Below the pieces are notes generated by a model. That model did not search any database. It saw nothing but the letters and a program-made list of their open reading frames with translations, and was not told where the DNA came from. From Chrysomallon squamiferum (lineage: Eukaryota > Animalia > Mollusca), in NCBI GenBank assembly GCA_012295275.1, contig CM022671.1, forward strand, positions 33,666,001 through 33,730,000: a stretch of 64,000 nucleotides of DNA, read 5' to 3'. Within the stretch, counting starts at the first letter, position 1; each line of letters starts with the position of its first letter. Shown one piece after another: positions 56,440 through 64,000 of the stretch. The position numbers and the translations under genes are program-made.

Positions 56440-57019
56440 AGAAGAAGAAGAAGATAACGTTTAGGTGTGTATATGTCTGTGTCTTTCTTTCTCTGTGTAT
56501 GTTTACATATATTCTATGCATGGTTATTTATTTGATCGTACATATTTTGCTGTGTAATTATTACAAGTGTAAAATAATTACACACTAATATACTTGGACG
56601 ATTAATTGGGGAAACCAGCTATGATTGTTTACTTCATAATTCTGACATACAATAAACAGTTGTTTAGTTATTTTCCTGACAGTGAAAATATCCACAGCAG
56701 CCTCAAACTACGTAATCAAATGTAACTTTATAACAATGGTAAAATTTGGAACGGGGAAGAAACAGAAGACGAAGTAAGTAAAACTGGTATTTACTTTGTG
56801 ACTCACATGTTTTTGTGTGACTCATAATGAAAAGTGTAGTAGCACAGACATGAGGTCGAAAACAATCAGACATTTAATAAATAAAACATGTGAGCATAAT
56901 TATATAAATTACGTAACAGTAATTAGCACATGCCACAGAGAGAGAAATTATATTTATTAACCCATTTATTAACAGCGGACTTTCTGGTGATCTCAGGACT
57001 GGAAGTATCAGCATGGCTT

Positions 57020-57050
<31 letters not shown>

Positions 57051-60000
57051 AAGAAGAAGAAGAAAAGAAGTATTTGATAAAACACGTTTTAGGCATCAAG
57101 GTATATACTAGAAAGATAACGATTTAGATCTTTACAGAATGTTTTAGGTAAGCCAAAGTTCGGGCAGCACTAAGCAATGTTAACAAAATAACGAACACAT
57201 TGGATCATACTGAAACTGCGACTGGAATCAATGAAGATATTTTAACCGACATGTGAATTATGTATTAGCATGTTCTATGATGGTTATAAAAAATGACCTG
57301 TACGCTTTAGAACGAGTTACAATTATTTACTGCAGTTTTATCATATACAGTTTTATCATATACATACATTTATTTACAGTTTTCTTAAAAGTAATATATA
57401 TATCTTACCAAGTGAAAGATACAATAACTACTGAATTAATTTTCCAAATTACGAAATGTATTATTACTACATTATAATAACTGATTATATTGTCATGTTT
57501 CATTAGACTGAAAAGGAGATTTGATAAAAATGTGTTCTTACTTAAGAAAGCTTTTGATGCTGAAGGAGCAGCTCTTTCTCCAACAGGAAAATTGCTAAAA
57601 GAACAAACAGAAGAGAGCTAATTCTTTATTCCTAACAGTGCTCGTCTCCCCTAAGAGCTTATTTTTAATGAATTCCGTAAAGAGAGCAAAAGCTATCTGT
57701 TACGTTTTAAATGATAAAATCTAACTCCACATTTCAGGCTGGAAACACACATTTTTTTATTTTATAATTTTTTTTGTTTTTGTTTTGGTTCATAGTGACG
57801 TTAATCATTTCATAATAAACCTAGATGTTATCCATTGCCTTATTTCTGCCATACGAAATTATGAAAATAAAACAATCGAGCAAAAAACTAACACTTTTCA
57901 GACGTTCAGACGTAGTCGATTAACGAGAAGGGAAAGGATACAGAACGATCCCCTCCGCTGACATTTCAACACGTGCAACGTCTTATCGAAATCTGAAACC
58001 AAACCTTGCTCCGAATTTCGGAAATAAAAAGAACAACATTGGCGTGTAGAATGAAAATGAAGATAAGAGTATTTTCCATGAGTTTCACCTTGACATAGGA
58101 AGAGTTTCTAAAGGCAGTTTGATTATTTTATGTGCTTTTTACTTTATAATATATATATATAAACGCACATTATAAATCTGAGGACATATCATGTAACATC
58201 TGACACGTTTTTCTTACGAGTCACTTAATACATGCTTTGGCAAAAACGACTGTCGTAACGTAGTGTGTATTTTTCAACAGTTAATTACGTGTGTTCTGAC
58301 TCTATTACTCTTTGCCGAAAATTACCTTTAGTCATCACAGGAATAACTAATATAACAATTTAACATACACATTTTTGTTCATTAATGTTAGCGAACATGA
58401 AAGTGTGTTCTTTTTCTTCTTTTGTCTGTTACTGTTTATGTAAGTACTTAGATATATATGTATGTATATATCTATGTGTATATGTATGTATGTATGTATG
58501 AATGTATGTATGTATGTGTGTATGTATGGATGGATGTATGGATGTTTGTATGTTTGTAGTATATATGCATGTATTATGCATGTGAGTATTTGAATGCAAA
58601 ATAAACATTTATTATGTATATGAACGAGTATGTAGCCATGTACATATGTATTTATCTTTACAAGAGGTTTTACGGAGTATGTATGCACTTGTAAACGACT
58701 AGAAAATAACTATGTGCTCCTAGCAGTCCATAAAACAAGAAATGCTGACAATGATACAAATTGACCTTTACTAACTGATAAGAGAGATGTGTTTAGATGT
58801 TTTTTATTGACACAGTAAGTCACTCACTAATCCCATGCGATGTCTCATACACCAGAAACGCAAAAATTGAACCTTTGTAGAATGTCGCCACGTATTTTCC
58901 CCATAGCTGTGTCGCCAAGGTGCATTCTTTCGACAACCTACACACACAGAAACGTATCTTCAGAAAGGTTGTTTAATGTTTAAAAAAAATGTTTCTTTAC
59001 TGATTTAGCCCAAATTTAACCAATTACATATCACTGAAACATTGAGGAGATGAAGAATGAATAATAATAAAAAAAACACAGAACAATCTAACTGCGTGTA
59101 CGTGTTTAATTTCAGAAGTTTATGTTATAAGATGACAGGGAGGCGGATACACAGTTCAAGAAAAGGGGAGTCAGCAAGTAAAAGGAAATCAAAACTGACA
59201 GAAAATATAGAATGTTTTCCAGTGCATCTCTCTCTCTCTCGTGTCGAAGGATATAATTTGGAAAACAAACTCAAAAATTAATTAAAAACGAAGAAACAGT
59301 AAGAAACAGCGGACATTATTTCAAAAATAGTTTAACTTTTTCATAAATCTTGTCTTGTCATATTTTAATTGACTGTTTTATTGTGTGTGTGTGTAATATA
59401 ATACAAACGTCTAAGAAACGCATTCAAGACTTTAATAAATAAACAATTATCATTTAACGTAATGCATACGTTTACAAAACTTTAAAATAAAGACATAATT
59501 ATGATCGTATGTTCGAACCAAAACGTGTATTTGAAAAACGAAACCAGGTGCTTTTGTTGCTGAATAAAAACTGTCTTAATAATGTTGGGTGTGTTATGCT
59601 TCAACTGCAATGAAGCTTAAATGAAATAAGAAATATTTAGAATACAGAACAGACTGATCAGATAAAGTTTCCACAAACACGAGTCTTAATTACAGTGTGT
59701 TTATCTCAGTAGTAATAACACAAAATAGATAAGTTACTATATAGGTAAAGCTTTCTTAAGTTTTTACTAATACAGATACTAATGTAAATAACACAGTTAA
59801 AGCTGTACTGGTAGTAGTAGTAGTTATAATAGTAGTAGAAGTACAAGTAGCATACTGCTATTATTACTACTACTGTTATTATTACAACAACAACAACAAC
59901 AACAGCTATTACTACTAGTAATATAGTGGCAATAATCATAATTATAATAATTATAATAACAGTAACAACAATAACAGCAGCAACACTATTATTATTATTG

Positions 60001-61103
60001 TTGTTGTTATTATTATTATTATTGTTGTTGTTGTTGTTATTTGTAGTAGTAGTAGCAGCAGCAGCAGCAGCAGCAGTAGTGGTTGTACTAGTATCAGTGC
60101 TAACATATAAATAACTACTACGACAACGACAACTATTATTACAAGTAGTGGCAAATAGGGTTGAAAGAAAGAAAGAAAAACAAACGTAGTACACTATATA
60201 GCTATCTTTTGATGTTGTTGTTCTGATTGTTGTGGTTGTTGTTGTTGCAATTTTTTACTGGGATACATTTCGTCCATTTCTTTAATTAATGCAGGTTTTT
60301 GTGATAATGATGATTATGATTAAGATAATGAAGAAATCAAAGATGATGATGATAAAAAAAAAGATAAAAATACGAAGAGAGCAAAGAAATAAATTTTATT
60401 TTATTTTAATTTTTTCATATTTTTTATTCCATCCTTCCTTTTCTTTTTTCTTTCTTTCTTTCCTTTTTTTTTTTTTTTTTTTTAAAATTCTTATTTACGT
60501 CAAAGAAGTTAAAACAAGACATTAATTGTTCCAGACCTGAAATTCTCTCTCTTTCTCATTTCTCCCAATTGTACAGATCGCTTCTGTGTCTTGTTCAAAT
60601 CTAATCTTCACAAGTGGGGTTCAGTCAAACACCTCTGAAATGTTTCTAACTCGACGAAACAATCGCCTCTGTGTAGACAGCCCGGGTCTCCCCACACCTG
60701 ACACAATCCACGGCACGCCAAGATTTCCAGCAGTAACAAGACGTCTGTTTTCTCTCGGCAATTAGCTTCACTTCGTCTATCGTAATTCTTTTTACTTCTG
60801 TTTGACCGTTCTTCAAGCAGGCGATTGTTTGAAGATGGTCAGAATGCTAGGGTTGGTTTTTGTTGTGTGTGTGTGTTTGTTTTTTTTTTTTTTTTTTTTT
60901 TTTTTATACTAGCCGATAATGATTGTATAACATCTGTTAGAATTTTAAAGTTTAATTTGGTGATTAAACTGGGTGGAGGACATGTAGATTTCATGCAATT
61001 AGGGACTGTCTGGCGAGTTTTTGTATCTAAGTAGCTTTTATTTGTGTGTATGTAAAAATAGAAAGTCTTAACTTTTTTGGATTGTGAAGTTCTCCTTCCC
61101 AAA

Positions 61104-61297
61104 TATTATCATTGTTATAATGTCTTATCCTACATAACTACAGTTATTATCATTGTTATAATGTCTTGTGCTACATAACTACAGTGATTATCATTGTTAT
61201 AATGTCTTATGCTACATAACTACAGTGATTATCATTGTTATAATGTCTTGTGCTACATAACTACAGTTATTATCATTGTTATAATGTCTTATGCTAC
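61104..61297. repeat. 41-bp tandem minisatellite, about 4.7 copies
   Basis: Unit ttatcattgttataatgtcttrtgctacataactacagtka. Confidence 0.95.
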
Positions 61298-61572
61298 GTC
61301 TGATTACATAGTTTAAGTTATTTTCACTCTCAGGAAAACTACTGTTTATGATATGTTAGAATTATGACGTAAATAATCATCGCTGGTTCCTCGAATTAAT
61401 CGTCCAAGTATATAAGTGTGTAATTATTTTACATTTGTAATAATTACACAGCAAATATATACGATTAAATAAGTAACCATGCATATAATATATATAAACA
61501 TATACAGAGAGAAACAGACACATACCTAAACATAATATACCCTCATCATCATCATCATCAAAATTTTCTTCT

Positions 61573-61651
<79 letters not shown>

Positions 61652-62515
61652 ATATAAACACATGTACAGTGTAATTAGTGATGTCAAATACGTCATTTCC
61701 TTATTTTGTTTTAAGTTATTCTTTATAAACCGCTTTATATCAGTATTGGTACACTGGTCAGAAAAGCACGTTTCTAATGGGGCACTAAACGAACATCACT
61801 TCTGTGGAGGCGTTTTTTCAACATTACACCGGTTTGCGGGATGCGCTAATTCTTTCATCGCAATACTTGACATGTTGCAGCCTTTGGCGGCTTTGTTTGT
61901 TACAGAAATAATAAACAGTAAGAGAAAAAACATGTTTTCTCTTCGCTGATCGAGTAAATTGCACGAAGCTAAATTGCGCTTCTAATGCGCGCCATACATC
62001 ATTCTCAACCTTTGACGACGTCTCTGAAAGCACGCTGATCGCTGCTGCTGTAGTAGGTGTTCGCTGTGTGGCCACGAGCGACAGTTTTCGTAGAGCGAGT
62101 TCACGGAGTGGATGACGTTGTTTTCGTGTATCCCTGGATAGCAGGATCAATCCTGTGTGTGTATGTTTGTGTGTGTCTCCGTGTGTGAGTATCTGTTTGT
62201 GTGTATTTTTGTATGTGCTTGTGTGTGTGTGTGTGTGTAAATGTGTGTATTTAATATCTTTGTGTGTATATAATTGTGCGTGAGTATGTATTTGTATCTG
62301 TGTATGAAAGTGCGTGTATGTACGTGTGCATGTGTTTACGTGTATGTATTGTTGTTTGTGTATTAATGTTTTTATGTTTGTGTTTTTGCGGTAAATATGT
62401 GTATACATTTATGGTGTTAAATTTGCGTGTGTATATATGTCTATATAAATACTTGGGAAACATAATTTTACTAATATTTATTTTTTTATTTTCATTTGTA
62501 TACAATAATCTTTAA

Positions 62516-62581
62516 AAAGATTCACACAAAAATTATATTTGAATATATATATATTCAAATATAATGTTTTTGTGAATCTTT
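62516..62581. repeat. 66-bp near-perfect palindrome centred on (TA)n
   Basis: aaagattcacacaaaaattatatttgaatatat|atatattcaaatataatgtttttgtgaatcttt. Confidence 0.9.
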
Positions 62582-62840
62582 CTATTTTCATTTATATGAT
62601 AGTATAATATCTAAAATTAGACTATCGTCTAAAACAGTGATGTAAGAACGCTAGAGATATGTATATTTATGTATATATGTATTTATGTGTATATTCTTTA
62701 GTTGTCGATGATGTATTTTTGAAAGACAAATGCACGTGCAGGTGTGAAAGTCTGGTAAGTTGTGTTTACACATGTTGTCTCTGCTGCTGACACGCACGTG
62801 TTAACTTTATTAGAGTACAGACTGAAAGGGCAAGCGTTGC

Positions 62841-63628
62841 CAGTAACACGTTCACAAAAACACGTTACGTGTATGAAACATCACACAGCAGTAACACGTT
62901 CACAGAAACACGTTACGTGTATGAAACATCACACAGCAGTAACACGTTCACAGAAACACGTTACGTGTATGAAACATCACACAGCAGTAACACGTTCACA
63001 GAAACACGTTACGTGTATCAAACATCACACAGCAGTAACACGTTCACAGAAACACGTTACGTGTACCAAACATCACACAGCAGTAACACGTTCACAGAAA
63101 CACGTTACGTGTATCAAACATCACACAGCAGTAACCAGCCCGAGCGTCACGTTACGTGTATGAAACATCACACAGCAGTAACACGTTCACAGAAACACGT
63201 TACGTGTATCAAACATCACAGCAGTAACACGTTCACAGAAACACGTTACGTGTATCAAACATCACACAGCAGTAACACGTTCACAGAAACACGTTACGTG
63301 TATGAAACATCACACAGCAGTAACACGTTCACAGAAACACGTTACGTGTATCAAACATCACACAGCAGTAACACGTTCACAGAAACACGTTACGTGTATC
63401 AAACATCACACAGCAGTAACACGTTCACAGAAACACGTTACGTGTATCAAACATCACACAGCAGTAACCGGCCCGAGCGTCACGTTACGTGTATCAAACA
63501 TCACACAGCAGTAACCAGCCGGAGCGTCACGTTACGTGTATCAAACATCACACAGCAGTAACCGGCCCGAGCGTCACGTTACGTGTATCAAACATCACAC
63601 AGCAGTAACCGGCCCGAGCGTCACGTTA
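62841..63628. repeat. 48/47-bp tandem minisatellite, about 16 copies, two unit variants
   Basis: Unit A cagtaacacgttcacagaaacacgttacgtgtat(g/c)aaacatcacacag; unit B cagtaacc(a/g)gcccgagcgtcacgttacgtgtatcaaacatcacacag. Confidence 0.97.
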
Positions 63629-63683
63629 ATGTCAGTAAGGAAAGCATGCTACAGCGTACTGGTTTTTGTTATAGGAGCTGGTG

Positions 63684-64000
63684 TAACAGTAGCAGTAGTA
63701 GTAGTAGTAGTAGTAGTAGTAACCGTTGTAACAGTAATAGTAGTAGTACTAACAGTACTAGCATTAGTAGTAGTAACAGTAGTAACAGTAGTAGTAGTAG
63801 TAGTAGTAGTAACAGTAGTAATAGTAGCAGTAGTAGTAGTAGTAGTAGTAGTAACAGTAGTAGTAATAGTAGTAGTACTAACAGTACTAGCATTAGTAGT
63901 AGTAACAGTAGTAGTAATAATAGTAACAGTAGTAGTAATAGTAGCAGTAGTAGTAGTAGTAGTAGTAGTAGTAACAGTAGTAGTAATAGTAGTAGTACTA
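63684..64000. repeat. (TAG)n-based compound microsatellite running off the window end
   Basis: Directly visible, with internal higher-order duplication (gtactaacagtactagcattagtagtagtaacag occurs twice). Confidence 0.95.

Noticed and set aside
62762-63561. Repeat-protein ORFs (HHTAVTRSQKHVTCMK)n and (ETSHSSNTFTETRYVY)n
   Set aside because: Open frames arise because the 48-bp unit is a multiple of 3. Several frames are open, 47-bp and shortened units shift the frame, and there is no splice or domain support.
61104-63628. Tandem arrays as possible CRISPR arrays
   Set aside because: Units are head-to-tail with no unique spacers, there are no cas genes, and the context is eukaryotic.

Overview
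AT-rich, microsatellite-dense eukaryotic genomic DNA from an invertebrate animal (lophotrochozoan or mollusc is my guess from gene style, not shown by the sequence). Most ORF-track entries are simple-repeat artefacts. Two intron-containing genes, both on the minus strand, were reconstructed by hand with GT-AG junctions and consistent exon phases. (1) A MiT/TFE-family bHLH-ZIP transcription factor (MITF/TFEB orthologue): 8 coding exons, 3763-10198, 433 aa, plus a probable alternative first coding exon at 11784-12069. (2) A 15-exon, 1538-aa adhesion GPCR at 19629-33014 with an unusual ectodomain: signal peptide, 2 cadherin-like repeats, FN3-like domain, 13 Notch-like EGF repeats, HRM, GAIN/GPS, 7TM and a PDZ-binding tail. 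This is not the CELSR/Flamingo architecture and is the best candidate for an undescribed system here. I found no supportable coding exon in 33.1-64 kb, which holds a strong promoter-like element at about 49.2 kb, minisatellites (10, 41 and 48 bp units), a 66-bp palindrome and many microsatellites. No rRNA, tRNA, CRISPR or intact transposon ORF was recognised.
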